Of a stretch of 64,000 nucleotides of DNA, positions 36,340 through 46,482 are shown piece by piece. Each line of letters begins with the position of its first letter. The stretch's first letter is position 1. The translations under genes were made by a program, and so were the position numbers. Under the pieces are notes generated by a model. The model had not been told where the DNA came from. It worked only from the letters and a program-made list of their open reading frames with translations, and did not search any database. Source of the stretch: a virus; IMG/VR virus record IMGVR_UViG_3300029908_000007, positions 64,001-128,000 of that record; one strand, written 5' to 3'.

Positions 36340-38712
36340 TTAGTTGACTCCGACTACTTGCGCGTCAACCCAGATATTGTTAGCATCTTTTACTTGACCC
36401 ACTCTTACGATAGCCAGTCCCGAAGACGATGGCGCCGTTGAAGTACAAGCACCGGAGCTACCTAAGTAAAGTGGCGCTCCCGTGGTGAATCCATGGCTTG
36501 GTACATTGATGATACCAAATTCGGTTACGGTTACCGACTGACCTTGAGAAACACCGGAACCAGGATAGGCCAAACCGATAACGTAAAAATTGTCTGTTGT
36601 AGCAGCGTTGTTGTCGGCTTTCCACATTCTGCCCACGGTCGAACCGCCATCGGTTGACAACGCGTATCTCAAAGCGTACAGCGTAGAAGCGGTAAGCGAT
36701 TGATCCGAGGTTTCCGTCGTGGTTGTAGCAGTGCTAACTGTTGAGGGCGTCGCCCATGCCGCAGTGCCTCCGGAGACCGTCAATACCTGTCCCGTAGACC
36801 CAATTGCAAGATTGGTTGCGGAATTGCTGCCGTTGCCAACGATCAAATCGCCAGTCGCTGTGATTGGAGATAATGCGTTAAAAGCCGCTGATTTTGTTGT
36901 CTGACCGGTGCCGCCGTTTGCTATTGCAATTGTAGTTCCAGTCCATGTACCAGACGTAATAGTTCCAACCGAGGTCAGACTGGAACTTACTACCGTACTG
37001 TTCAGCGTGGTTCCAGAAAGCGTTCCGGCTGGAGCCACAACTGCGTTTCCGGTAATGGAAGTTACCAAACCTTTTGCATTAATAGTAACAGCTGGAATGC
37101 TGGTAGAAGAACCCGTGGTACCAGCGGTAGCAACTGTTGCCAATGTAAGAACGGATCCAGAAGTTGTGGCGTCGCCGCTTAGAGCAGCAGCTGCAGTAAC
37201 CAACCCTTTTCCGTTTACAGTTACTGAAGCAAATGTTCCCGTATTAGAATTTACAGTTGCAAGAGTAAGAGCTGCAGAGCCCGGTCCGGAAGCCGTTGCG
37301 TCCCCGGTCAATGCTGTGATATAGTTTCCAGCGGCTTGTTTTCCGTTGAAAGTATTCCAGTCCGTTGAAGACAGATATCCGTTTGTAGAGGTATTTGACT
37401 GAGTAATGCTAACGGTGTTTCCAGATAACGACAGGGGAGCGTTGAAAGTATAAGACGTAGGTCCTGCGAACTCCGTAAACATTGGAGTAGAAGAAGATCC
37501 GAATACATGATTTGCTACAAAAGCGCTGTCAGCGTATACGGTACCATTTAAAATTAACCACGCATCGCCTATTGCGGTAGGTAGTCCGTTTGAAGTCAGG
37601 ACATAAGCGGTACCAATCCCACTTGCGGTGTATTCACCGCTTGTAGTTGCTACGGTTTGGTTTCCGAGAATAACTAAATCACCGTTCTGAACCGAATATC
37701 CGTCGATGGTAAGAGTTGCCCCACCAGTCAAAGGTACGTTGCTAGCAGCGTAGGCTTTAGCCGGACCTTGCCATGTTAATCCACTAATCGCGGCATCAAC
37801 ATATCCTTTTGTAGCCGCATCTGTTGAGGTGGAAGGAGCTGCAAGACCGTTAATCTGATTGCTTCCCATGTTCAGGGCTTGTGCTTGCGTACCCAACGAA
37901 GTCAGGGAAGATGCGGTAACCGTAGAATTCAGAGTGGTTCCAGAAAGTGTGCCAGCAGGTGCTACAACCGCGTTACCAGTAACAGAGGTTACCAATCCCT
38001 TAACGTTGATGGTGATAGAAGGAATGCTAGTAGAAGAACCTGTGGTTCCAGCAGTTGCGACAGTTGCGAGTGTCAAAGCACCGGAACTTGCAATAGTTGC
38101 ATCACCGGACATCGCAACAGCTGCGGGCTGATTTGAACCGTTTCCAACATAGATATCGTTAGTCGCCAAAGGTAACATTTGGGCGGCTGTAATCGTGCCA
38201 GACAACTGAGAGGTCGGAAGACTTAATGCGGAAAGCGTGGTTAGCGTAGAATTAGAACTTGCTGTAATATTAGAGGCAGTTCCCGTAATGCTCCCGCTCG
38301 GGATTACATAATCGGTTCCAGCAACAGCGGCACTGATTGCGGTTCCATTACCCTTTAAAAGTCCGGTAATAGTTGTGGTTAGAGTTAGAGCAGGAGTAGA
38401 TCCTCCAGAAGAAGTCCCCGCAAATCCGTTGGCAGTATTTACGGAAACCGATGTAACGCTACCAGAAGCAGAAGCGATCCAACTCAGATTACCGCTGCCA
38501 TCATTTGCCAAAACGTAGTTTGATCCACCGGCTTGCGCGGCAGGCCAAACAACGGAATACGTCGTGGTCGTGGAATGCGCGGCTTGTGTAAAAGATCCGC
38601 CGCCAGTTGCGGCATTGATCTGAAGACCTTGTACGCTAAGAGTGTTAGTTGAAAGATCAACTGTTCTTGGTACGGCGGAGATAAGTTCTAAAATTTTGCT
38701 ATAAGTTGCCAT
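36340..38712 (-). CDS. Long tail fibre shaft protein
   Basis: DAATKGYVD motif, GGTG repeats, internal 63-aa duplication. Confidence 0.8.
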   Translation of the reverse strand: MATYSKILELISAVPRTVDLSTNTLSVQGLQINAATGGGSFTQAAHSTTTTYSVVWPAAQAGGSNYVLANDGSGNLSWIASASGSVTSVSVNTANGFAGTSSGGSTPALTLTTTITGLLKGNGTAISAAVAGTDYVIPSGSITGTASNITASSNSTLTTLSALSLPTSQLSGTITAAQMLPLATNDIYVGNGSNQPAAVAMSGDATIASSGALTLATVATAGTTGSSTSIPSITINVKGLVTSVTGNAVVAPAGTLSGTTLNSTVTASSLTSLGTQAQALNMGSNQINGLAAPSTSTDAATKGYVDAAISGLTWQGPAKAYAASNVPLTGGATLTIDGYSVQNGDLVILGNQTVATTSGEYTASGIGTAYVLTSNGLPTAIGDAWLILNGTVYADSAFVANHVFGSSSTPMFTEFAGPTSYTFNAPLSLSGNTVSITQSNTSTNGYLSSTDWNTFNGKQAAGNYITALTGDATASGPGSAALTLATVNSNTGTFASVTVNGKGLVTAAAALSGDATTSGSVLTLATVATAGTTGSSTSIPAVTINAKGLVTSITGNAVVAPAGTLSGTTLNSTVVSSSLTSVGTITSGTWTGTTIAIANGGTGQTTKSAAFNALSPITATGDLIVGNGSNSATNLAIGSTGQVLTVSGGTAAWATPSTVSTATTTTETSDQSLTASTLYALRYALSTDGGSTVGRMWKADNNAATTDNFYVIGLAYPGSGVSQGQSVTVTEFGIINVPSHGFTTGAPLYLGSSGACTSTAPSSSGLAIVRVGQVKDANNIWVDAQVVGVN
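36961..38076 (-). repeat. 63-codon internal duplication (36961-37149 and 37888-38076)
   Basis: LTLATVATAGTTGSSTSIP..TIN.KGLVTS.TGNAVVAPAGTLSGTTLNSTV..SSLTS.GT occurs twice, with synonymous DNA divergence. Confidence 0.9.
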
Positions 38713-38725
38713 GATTTACTCCTAA

Positions 38726-39181
38726 TTAAAGTTGACCGATTAGTTGTGGAATTATTACCAAATCTTGCTGTAAACTGTTTGTTTCGTTTTGCACAATTAT
38801 TCCCACGTAATAGACGAAGTCGCCGGGACCAAAACCTGTAACACCGTCATCAGGGCGCGTGTTCTGGATGGTACCACTCAGACCAATCCAAATAGCCTGT
38901 CCTATCGCAAATCCGTAGGTAAGAGAAAGATTTAAAAGTCTGCCGTTGCTGATCACTGGCCCGTTGGCATTACCGGGAATTCTGAACTGAGCAATGCCAA
39001 CAAATGCGCTAACCGAAGCCTGCGAGGTGACATCGGTGGGCGCGATCATGTCTTGTGTGCCAGTAGAGCTGACAGGGGTTCCTTGAGGAATTGCGGTACC
39101 ACTATTATTGGTATAGTTAGACACAATTCCAGTGGAACTTGCGGTACTTTGCTGACTAAAGAAAAATGGACTATAAGTCAA
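38726..39181 (-). CDS. Virion structural protein, paralogous to the C-terminal domain of 36340-38712
   Basis: GFAIGQAIWIGLSG vs GFTTGAPLYLGSSG. Confidence 0.65.
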   Translation of the reverse strand: MTYSPFFFSQQSTASSTGIVSNYTNNSGTAIPQGTPVSSTGTQDMIAPTDVTSQASVSAFVGIAQFRIPGNANGPVISNGRLLNLSLTYGFAIGQAIWIGLSGTIQNTRPDDGVTGFGPGDFVYYVGIIVQNETNSLQQDLVIIPQLIGQL

Positions 39182-39196
39182 AGTTAGCTCCCAAAG

Positions 39197-42169
39197 TTAT
39201 AAAATATACCAAGCTGATCCCGAACTGACCACGGTTACGGTTTGCCATTGCGAAGACAATAGAAAAGTATTGCTGCCATCTATCAATTCCGACCCATTGG
39301 CCATAATCGTTAAAACATTTGCGCTGGAATCGATCTTCTTCATAAAAAAGATTCTTCCAACACCAGTGGCTGCGGTTGGAAGAGATAGTGTAAATGCTCC
39401 ACCGGTGCAATCGCCTAAAATTACAAAGTCTGTAGACATTAGGGTATATGGACCGGTTTTCGTAGAAACTGATACCGCGTTTCCAAATGCGTTGGTTCCA
39501 GCAGGCCCTGCGGGACCAGTAGGACCAGTAGGACCTTCGGGTCCGATTTCGCCCAGACTCCCACCATTACCGGCAAAACGAAACTGAAGTTCGTCGCCAA
39601 CAACTAATCCGCCACCGGGAAAACTAACGATTTGAATTTCATTACTAGGAGCGCCAGAGGCCCCGACTTCAGCATAGGCTCCGCTTTCAACGTCTAAAAA
39701 CTGACCATTAAGAAGAACTTGTAGTGTTCCTTTGCCCACGGTATAATATTGCGTTGCGTTGGCTTCTCTGCTATTATTTGGAAGATGAATGAAACCGCCA
39801 TTGGCAACGGGTCCGTTTATAGAGACCGGAGAATTTAAAGAAGGAGGATATGTTCCACCGGAAGCGACGACATCAACGGTCTCATCGTATGTTGGGGAAT
39901 CCAATGAACTTAGAATGATTCCAACGTCTTCATCAAGTTTTTTAATACCCAATGTTAGATTATCGCCGTCTTGAATAGCAAAGTTTCCACTACCAGTTCC
40001 GGCCTGTGTGGCAGAAATTGCAAACGGAGCACCCACATTAACGTTAGCCGGTGAATTGGTAAGACCGGCGCTGTTATTGGTAACGGTAATAACATTACTA
40101 ATTGCGGTTGCGGTGAAATCTTTTCTGCTTGTGGAATTGAGAAGAGTGGTCAACGTAGTTGCGGTTTGAGCAGCGGTTTGTCCAGTGGTTACAATCCATT
40201 CCAAAGAAATCGCATTTGCGATTGGCATTGGATCCACGCCGGTTCCATCTTTGTTTACCCAAACATAGTACTGTATAAGACTAACGGAAGGAAAAATTTC
40301 AAAATACTGATTAGAAGCCATCGAAGCCGCGCTACCGGTTGTAATGCTAACGATCTGTGGAAGAACTAAAGGTCCTCCGCCTTCCCACATTTGATATGTA
40401 GAAACATAGGCTGGAGCGGTGGCGCTTTCAATTGGGCTACCGGTGTAGGTAAGTAGGTTTTGAATTTGAGGACCACTGACGTTTTCGCTGACGCCATATG
40501 ATAAATCCATTCCTAACCAACGAATATAAACTCTAGGTAAGGCGCCGCCGTCATCGTTTCTAGCTAGCAACCACCAAGTATTCGATGCAATCGGTACGCT
40601 TGCACGTGGTACGATTTGAATATCTCTGGAATTACCACTAACACCGGGTAATGTATATTCTCCCCAAGCATATTGAGAAGCCGCTCCGCTAGCCCCCGTA
40701 GAAGTTCCACCATAAGTAGAAGTCAATGTGACTTGTGAAACAGAATTAACTGTCAAAATCTGATAATAGGCGGCATGACTTGCTGAAGCTATTTTGATCC
40801 AATCACCAGCAAGTACAGCGGACGTCCAGGCCACACTGCCTACGGAACTAACTACAGCAGAAGCATTGGTCCAAATAAGATCTGGGGAGATTGCGGCGTC
40901 GCGAGTAAGTTCTAAATAAGCGACTTCACCATCGGTCAGAGTTACTGTGCTACCCGTAGGATTTGCTTGGATCTGATATTCTAAATTAGAACCTATTACT
41001 TTAAAATTTAAAACGTTGGACCAATTAATTTGGCCCGGTTGCGTTGCCACAGGATTTGTAAATGAAACCGTGGTTCCAGTTACAGTATCTGAGGCTTCGT
41101 TGGACATGACAACCGTGGAACCACTAATAGAAAGAACCGTGGTGCCAGCGATAAAAGCTTCGCCACTGATATACTGACCACTGGCTATTCCTGTTGTGGA
41201 AGCCAGACTGGTAATTTGGTTGCTGCCTAGGGTAACGTTACCGGTAGTCGTGAGAATTGGTGTGGTATCGGGAATCACACCGTGACTGATGTTACCATTA
41301 CTGGTTAAGATGGTATTAACAGCGTCTTCTCTAAGTTGAGGTACACTGCCACCCGGACTTGGACCGGTCCCAAAAAACGAATACCAATAGGGTCCGCCGC
41401 CTAAATCTAGGAAGCCCGACATCACAGCGTTCATCCAATCCTTGAGATCGGTGATGGCTTTGTCTCCACCGTAAAACGGATTGCTGCCGTTTGTGGTAGT
41501 TACTGGTGGATTTTCTGAAGTCCCTTCCGGCCAACTATAGACATTGAACGGATTAGGATTGGCGCCGCCTGTTCCTAAGCGAAACAGTAGGGGCCTGGAA
41601 TCTGTTATGGAAACCACGTTGTTGCCGCTATCGGTAAGAATTACGGCAATGGGAAGAATGTTGGAAGCCCAAACCGTAGATGTGATTACGAATTCGTAGT
41701 TTAGGATGATCGCTGCGGGATCAATTGTGGAATCTTGTTGGCTCGTTGAAGGATCCCAAAGCGCACGTTGTACGTCGGTTGTGGGATCTTGGAAGCGATA
41801 GTAATCGATGCCAACATAGTTATTGGTGCCTGGAACGAAGGCGCCGCTGACATTTGACACAATCGCAGCATTTAGGGTAACAGCGGGGGTTCCAGCTGGA
41901 ACCAAATATATGGTACCTGACTGAGACGCGGTGACGTGCATGAGGGCGCCAGCGCTAACGATTACCTGTAGGTTTGAGGCGGCGCCACCGATGGGGTTGG
42001 TGGCCATGTTTAACGCGAAGCCGTTGATGATATAGGGGTTACCGGCTCCGGTCACGAATGCTTCAAAAGACGTGTCAAAGTCAGCACTTACAGCGGATTC
42101 AACAGCCTTTAGATCAGGCACGTCAACTCTCATCTGACTTAAATAATTTTCGCGGCGCTGAATAGCCAT
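39197..42169 (-). CDS. Baseplate-proximal tail fibre protein with a short collagen-like segment
   Basis: Start corrected to the ATG at 42169 (GAGG RBS); ITDSRPLLFRLG; GEIGPEGPTGPTGPAGPAG. Confidence 0.75.
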   Translation of the reverse strand: MAIQRRENYLSQMRVDVPDLKAVESAVSADFDTSFEAFVTGAGNPYIINGFALNMATNPIGGAASNLQVIVSAGALMHVTASQSGTIYLVPAGTPAVTLNAAIVSNVSGAFVPGTNNYVGIDYYRFQDPTTDVQRALWDPSTSQQDSTIDPAAIILNYEFVITSTVWASNILPIAVILTDSGNNVVSITDSRPLLFRLGTGGANPNPFNVYSWPEGTSENPPVTTTNGSNPFYGGDKAITDLKDWMNAVMSGFLDLGGGPYWYSFFGTGPSPGGSVPQLREDAVNTILTSNGNISHGVIPDTTPILTTTGNVTLGSNQITSLASTTGIASGQYISGEAFIAGTTVLSISGSTVVMSNEASDTVTGTTVSFTNPVATQPGQINWSNVLNFKVIGSNLEYQIQANPTGSTVTLTDGEVAYLELTRDAAISPDLIWTNASAVVSSVGSVAWTSAVLAGDWIKIASASHAAYYQILTVNSVSQVTLTSTYGGTSTGASGAASQYAWGEYTLPGVSGNSRDIQIVPRASVPIASNTWWLLARNDDGGALPRVYIRWLGMDLSYGVSENVSGPQIQNLLTYTGSPIESATAPAYVSTYQMWEGGGPLVLPQIVSITTGSAASMASNQYFEIFPSVSLIQYYVWVNKDGTGVDPMPIANAISLEWIVTTGQTAAQTATTLTTLLNSTSRKDFTATAISNVITVTNNSAGLTNSPANVNVGAPFAISATQAGTGSGNFAIQDGDNLTLGIKKLDEDVGIILSSLDSPTYDETVDVVASGGTYPPSLNSPVSINGPVANGGFIHLPNNSREANATQYYTVGKGTLQVLLNGQFLDVESGAYAEVGASGAPSNEIQIVSFPGGGLVVGDELQFRFAGNGGSLGEIGPEGPTGPTGPAGPAGTNAFGNAVSVSTKTGPYTLMSTDFVILGDCTGGAFTLSLPTAATGVGRIFFMKKIDSSANVLTIMANGSELIDGSNTFLLSSQWQTVTVVSSGSAWYIL

Positions 42170-42196
42170 TAAATGCCCTCTGGAATGGATCCTAGG

Positions 42197-42204
42197 TAAA
42201 GATT
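42197..42204 (-). promoter_or_regulatory. Candidate late-promoter motif AATCTTTA
   Basis: Intergenic, 27 nt upstream of the ATG at 42169. Confidence 0.6.
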
Positions 42205-42235
42205 GTTGTTTAACTGACACCCCTATTATATCATA

Positions 42236-42265
42236 TTGACATCGCAATCTTTACTGTGATATAGT
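42236..42265 (+). promoter_or_regulatory. Promoter TTGACA-18-TATAGT with ATCGCAATCTTTA embedded
   Basis: Consensus elements; late-like motif at 42241-42253. Confidence 0.65.
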
Positions 42266-42270
42266 CTAAA

Positions 42271-42672
42271 GTGAAGAGGTGCGCTACAGTGGGAAAAAGT
42301 AAGCGAACAGATAGATCGTTCACTAGAGAGCAGCGATTATCTAAAGAAAACAGGCAGTTAAAGAAAGAGTTGGCTCACCTAAGAAAACAGATAGCCCGTC
42401 TGGATCTGGATCGGTTCGAGACTCTCAGACAAATGGTAGCCGACCATGAGGAAAGCAAGCGTTTTGAAGAAAGTGCTGTAGAAGCCAACTCAAATATAGA
42501 GGCTTTGAAGCGTGATTGGGCATGTCATGAATGCGACAACGGTTTTTTAGAGATTGTTTTGTATTCAAAGATGGGGACTACGCAATACTACAGGAAATGC
42601 AATAACTGCACCAATCGTACCAAGGGTAAGCGTTACGAAGAAACTGTGAAGGGAATCCTAAAGAATGATTGA
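42271..42672 (+). CDS. Coiled-coil plus zinc-ribbon protein
   Basis: CHEC...CNNC; alternative GTG start at 42289. Confidence 0.7.
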   Translation: MKRCATVGKSKRTDRSFTREQRLSKENRQLKKELAHLRKQIARLDLDRFETLRQMVADHEESKRFEESAVEANSNIEALKRDWACHECDNGFLEIVLYSKMGTTQYYRKCNNCTNRTKGKRYEETVKGILKND

Positions 42673-42892
42673 AGGCGACGTTGTTATTTGTGCCACTTCT
42701 CAGGCCGGTAGTATTGTTCAAATCGATGGCAAAAATGTTTGGGTATTGTTAAGAAATCACGATATTTGGACTGGCCTCTTAAGTCAAACCTACAAACCGC
42801 AATCCAAAGAACATCTGGATGCCTGTCCCATAGATGTCGCCAGGGTAGAGGCTAAACGCACAATCCGTGAAGACAGCGGATACGAAGACTAA
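42665..42892 (+). CDS. Small SH3/KOW-like hypothetical protein
   Basis: 'GDVV.....AGSIVQIDGKNVWV' beta pattern. Confidence 0.55.
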   Translation: MIEGDVVICATSQAGSIVQIDGKNVWVLLRNHDIWTGLLSQTYKPQSKEHLDACPIDVARVEAKRTIREDSGYED

Positions 42893-43641
42893 TCCACCCA
42901 CCACTTCGAATATGGGTTATTATTTAGCCCTTGCGGACTGTAATAAATCGAAGTCACAGACTTCATGGGATCCGCGCCATAGTATTTCTTCAATCTCCAA
43001 AACCAAACCTTACTTGCTAACCAACACCATAGACTAGTCTTTTTTAGGTTATTTTGAATCGTCCAGGTAAGCTGTCTGGTATTGGTATCCATGACGTTTT
43101 CCGACATATTGGAAATCGCGATGGCTAGCGCGGAAAAAACGAACAATGGATGACACATCCAGCGAATCCAGCAATGCAAGGGATTGATTAGAGATGGAAA
43201 TGCCGCCGAAATCATCGCGGTAAGAAGTGCGGGTTGTCTGATTAAAAAAGCCTGCCATTGCCACTTGCCGGGCTGCGGATTATAGAAAGAGCCTTTATAT
43301 TTGATACAACCCCAAAGTAATTTACGGGGGATTTCCGTGTTTCCCAATTCAATGCATGCGCTTACTGTGCCATAATAGTCATCTGGGCCATTGAGTCCGT
43401 CATTTTGTCCAACAGGAACTCTATTGAGTAGGTTGGAACCAATACACTGATTGATTTTGGCGGCGTAGTCTATTTTGTCTTGATCGGTAAGTTGTCCGTT
43501 TTTGTTTAATAATATATAATAGATGGAAGTAAAAAGATTTCCATTGTCAGAGCCGCTTTGTCCGGGTTGCCACGTACCTGGATTTGGGGTGTTTAAATTG
43601 TTTCCATCAATGTACGTGGAAAAATCCTGTCTTATCGTCAT
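42889..43641 (-). CDS. Hypothetical Trp-rich protein
   Basis: 250-aa ORF; DNG and PDDYYG motifs. Confidence 0.75.
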   Translation of the reverse strand: MTIRQDFSTYIDGNNLNTPNPGTWQPGQSGSDNGNLFTSIYYILLNKNGQLTDQDKIDYAAKINQCIGSNLLNRVPVGQNDGLNGPDDYYGTVSACIELGNTEIPRKLLWGCIKYKGSFYNPQPGKWQWQAFLIRQPALLTAMISAAFPSLINPLHCWIRWMCHPLFVFSALAIAISNMSENVMDTNTRQLTWTIQNNLKKTSLWCWLASKVWFWRLKKYYGADPMKSVTSIYYSPQGLNNNPYSKWWVD

Positions 43642-43646
43642 ATTAG

Positions 43647-43654
43647 TAAAGATT
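43647..43654 (-). promoter_or_regulatory. Candidate late-promoter motif AATCTTTA (leaderless geometry)
   Basis: 5 nt before the ATG at 43641. Confidence 0.6.
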
Positions 43655-43710
43655 GTTTTTAGCTTGACTTCTGCCGCAATACCATATAGGGTATTTGGTG
43701 GAGGATAGCT

Positions 43711-44142
43711 ATGACCTATCTACAAATCATAACTGCTGCTGCCAAAGCAGCTAAGGTGAGCGCAATACTTCTGTATTCGATCTGTTCTCACGAGAGTCGC
43801 AATTTCGAACTCGACTATTCTCTATATGACTCCGGATCTCCGAGTTATAGTGTTTGCCAAATAAAAGAAACCACAGCAATTCAGATGGGATGGCAAGGAA
43901 AAAATCCCATGGAACTTCGAGATCCCCATGTTGGCATTAAATTTGCAGCGCTTTATCTGAGATATCAGCAAGACCGCTATGGCTCGGGGGATTGGGTTAA
44001 GTTGGCAAGCGCTTACAATGCGGGAAGCTATTCCGAAGGTAGAGTTAGAGGATGTCCCAAAAATCTAGGCTATATTAAATTGGTAAAGGAAAAGCTGCCC
44101 AAGAACCTAAGATATAAACTTAGCTGCGGTCCAAGGCCATAA
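43711..44142 (+). CDS. Soluble lytic transglycosylase (SLT) domain protein
   Basis: HES, VCQI, AYNAG; GGAGG RBS; TTGACT-17-TAGGGT at 43664-43692. Confidence 0.85.
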   Translation: MTYLQIITAAAKAAKVSAILLYSICSHESRNFELDYSLYDSGSPSYSVCQIKETTAIQMGWQGKNPMELRDPHVGIKFAALYLRYQQDRYGSGDWVKLASAYNAGSYSEGRVRGCPKNLGYIKLVKEKLPKNLRYKLSCGPRP

Positions 44143-44545
44143 GAGGAATCATTCCTTTAAAGGAAAAGTTCAGTTTATATGTGCCGGTAGCAGGGATGGA
44201 ATGATTTTCACTAACTACTTTACACTGAGGAATAAAGAGAATATCTTCAGAAGTAGAGCGATCCGTAACTCTCAAACTCACATAAGGATTTGCAGAAACA
44301 TCGGTGAATAGTGGACGCAAGTTTTTAGCCTGAAGTCCACCTGAGTTTTTGATGCGAAATCCGCTTACGTTTCCGCTCACCGTTACTTTTCCACCTGCGA
44401 TTTCTTGGCTATAGGCGCTGTCAATTCCGAAAATCTCCTCTTCGCCGTAATCGATGCCAAAACTAACATCGGCAACTTCTTTATAAAGTTGATTATTCCA
44501 AAAAATCGTGATTTGCGCTCCGGTGATTACAACTGGTAGTGACAT
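44120..44545 (-). CDS. Tail-tube-like / tube initiator protein
   Basis: Tube-fold pattern (V.F.IDYG...IFG...QEIA.G.VTVSG); end of the baseplate operon. Confidence 0.6.
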   Translation of the reverse strand: MSLPVVITGAQITIFWNNQLYKEVADVSFGIDYGEEEIFGIDSAYSQEIAGGKVTVSGNVSGFRIKNSGGLQAKNLRPLFTDVSANPYVSLRVTDRSTSEDILFIPQCKVVSENHSIPATGTYKLNFSFKGMIPLMALDRS

Positions 44546-44546
44546 A

Positions 44547-46481
44547 TTAAGTTCCCGTCAAATCATTGGTTGGATATATTACCGTAGTGGGGTTTGGACC
44601 GTATACATAAGCGATCTCTGAATTAGGAGTTCCCGCTTTTCCCAATCCGATGTCGTTTGGATATAGGATTACGAAATTTATTGCGATTCCGGCTGCCACC
44701 ACTTGTTCGATCAGGCTTTGACAATAAACTCGTCCACCAACGATATCTGTGATAAATCCTTGATAGTCGCTACCATTAGTAGCTGGAACTACCGGTGATT
44801 TAGTGGGTACTACGCGGATTTCCTGGCCAGCGGGATGATCATACTGCAAACTGTTAACCGGTGAAAGCAAAATGCTCGTACTAGAAGGAACTGCGATTAT
44901 GTTTGCCAATTCCTGTGTGGGACCGCCGTAGTCAAAAACTACATAACCGGTTCCGTTTGGAAAACCCGCACTGTCTTCGACAAGTACTACATCTCCTGTT
45001 GAAGCATTCACGTCTTGCGTTAAAATCGAATGCTCAGCTCCTACAGTGAAGGGTTGCGTGGTGTCGTAGCTGTATGGACCATATTGATTGGGCTCCAGCG
45101 AAATATTACTAGCTTGCATTAGATCAGGCACAATACTCGCAGAGCCAGTATAGGTCAAAACCAAGGTATTGGATAAACTGTTGTTGTAAATCAATACCAC
45201 ATTGTTGCTATTTATGATGGCTTGCAAACCAGCATTTAAAGCATTGATGGCATCAACCATGTTGGTAACGGTTTCTAGAATGGTTCCACCAATAACAAAA
45301 TCGACTCCGGCTGTAAAATTGAGCGACGTAGTGATTTGAAACGTATCGCCGGGATTGGGCTGAGCATTGAAAGTGTAGTTCCCACGCGGTGGATCATGAA
45401 GGAACATGGCTCCGATTCTGTTTCTAACTATGACTTGTGTAGTGGCTGGAATAAAGATTTGTAACACATTGGTTCTGGTCTGATAGAGTGCGGCGTAATA
45501 GCCTTTGGTCTGAATGGTTTGCTTTGCGGGATAAAAGAATAGAACAGCGGTGTCCGAACCCTGCGTTACGATCCCCGTGGAACCAATGGGATTGTAGACA
45601 TCGAAATATGAGCTGCCAACTAATCCACCCACGGTATCTATGATAGTAAAGGTGCCGATATTTGTGGAGCTAGTAAAACCTCCGCCGTAGATATTAACGT
45701 AATCGCCGGGTGAAAGCTTACCAAGATTTGGATTGGCTCCGCCCGACCATGTAAAACGAATTCTTCCATCACTCTGTACACTAAGCGTCCATTGAGTCGA
45801 TGCGTTTCCACCGGCGCCCACGCTTTCGGGGAACAGTAGGACATTTTGTGCTCTGCCACCCATAACTGTAACTGATGACCGAGGACCTATAGTATTACTA
45901 ACAAGTTCGACATAGTTTCCCAACCCATTATTTTTAACCGCAGCCAGACCTGATAATCCCTGACTGTTGAGGTAGGCAACTACGGCATCTGCGATTTCAA
46001 CTGCTAAGGCAGCGTGAATGTTGGTAAAATTTGCTGCTAGAAAAGGAATGGTTACTGGAGTGGCGCCGTCAAAACTTACAATCAAGGTGTCGCCATCTGC
46101 TAAATTATAAGGCTCTACCGCAGTTGCGGAATCCGTGGCTTTACAGAATTCGTCGCTAAAAATGATATCAAGCAAGTTGTTGATAAGATCCCTAACTTGT
46201 TTTCTGTTCTTGACTTCTAAACCGATGGCGCGAAAGGCGCCATCACTGATTCCGATTTGTGCTGGCCTTGTGATGCCATAACTTGAAAGCAAAAGGTCAA
46301 TGTATTGTGCAGAAGCTGTGGTAATGAACAAATTCTGATTGACGGCGTAAACCGAATTCACTAAGTATGAAGTCGCTGTCGCCAAGGAATACAAAACGGC
46401 GTCAACATTTTTCCCTTTGATAGTAGGATTGAGATAACCTCTTAGTCTTTTGTACTCGCTCTGCGTTGTCGCTATAGCCAT
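44547..46481 (-). CDS. Baseplate wedge subunit (gp7/I-like)
   Basis: 'LFITTASAQYIDLL...GITRP...SDGAFR'; C-terminal 'VAAGI'. Confidence 0.7.
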   Translation of the reverse strand: MAIATTQSEYKRLRGYLNPTIKGKNVDAVLYSLATATSYLVNSVYAVNQNLFITTASAQYIDLLLSSYGITRPAQIGISDGAFRAIGLEVKNRKQVRDLINNLLDIIFSDEFCKATDSATAVEPYNLADGDTLIVSFDGATPVTIPFLAANFTNIHAALAVEIADAVVAYLNSQGLSGLAAVKNNGLGNYVELVSNTIGPRSSVTVMGGRAQNVLLFPESVGAGGNASTQWTLSVQSDGRIRFTWSGGANPNLGKLSPGDYVNIYGGGFTSSTNIGTFTIIDTVGGLVGSSYFDVYNPIGSTGIVTQGSDTAVLFFYPAKQTIQTKGYYAALYQTRTNVLQIFIPATTQVIVRNRIGAMFLHDPPRGNYTFNAQPNPGDTFQITTSLNFTAGVDFVIGGTILETVTNMVDAINALNAGLQAIINSNNVVLIYNNSLSNTLVLTYTGSASIVPDLMQASNISLEPNQYGPYSYDTTQPFTVGAEHSILTQDVNASTGDVVLVEDSAGFPNGTGYVVFDYGGPTQELANIIAVPSSTSILLSPVNSLQYDHPAGQEIRVVPTKSPVVPATNGSDYQGFITDIVGGRVYCQSLIEQVVAAGIAINFVILYPNDIGLGKAGTPNSEIAYVYGPNPTTVIYPTNDLTGT

Positions 46482-46482
46482 A

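Noticed and set aside
42170-42247. N-terminal extension of the 1016-aa fibre ORF in the track
   Set aside because: The region contains promoter motifs; the RBS supports the ATG at 42169.
13383-45459. TAAAGATT copies at 13383, 20666 and 45452 as late promoters
   Set aside because: They lie inside coding regions with no adjacent sense start; a few chance hits are expected for an AT-rich 8-mer.
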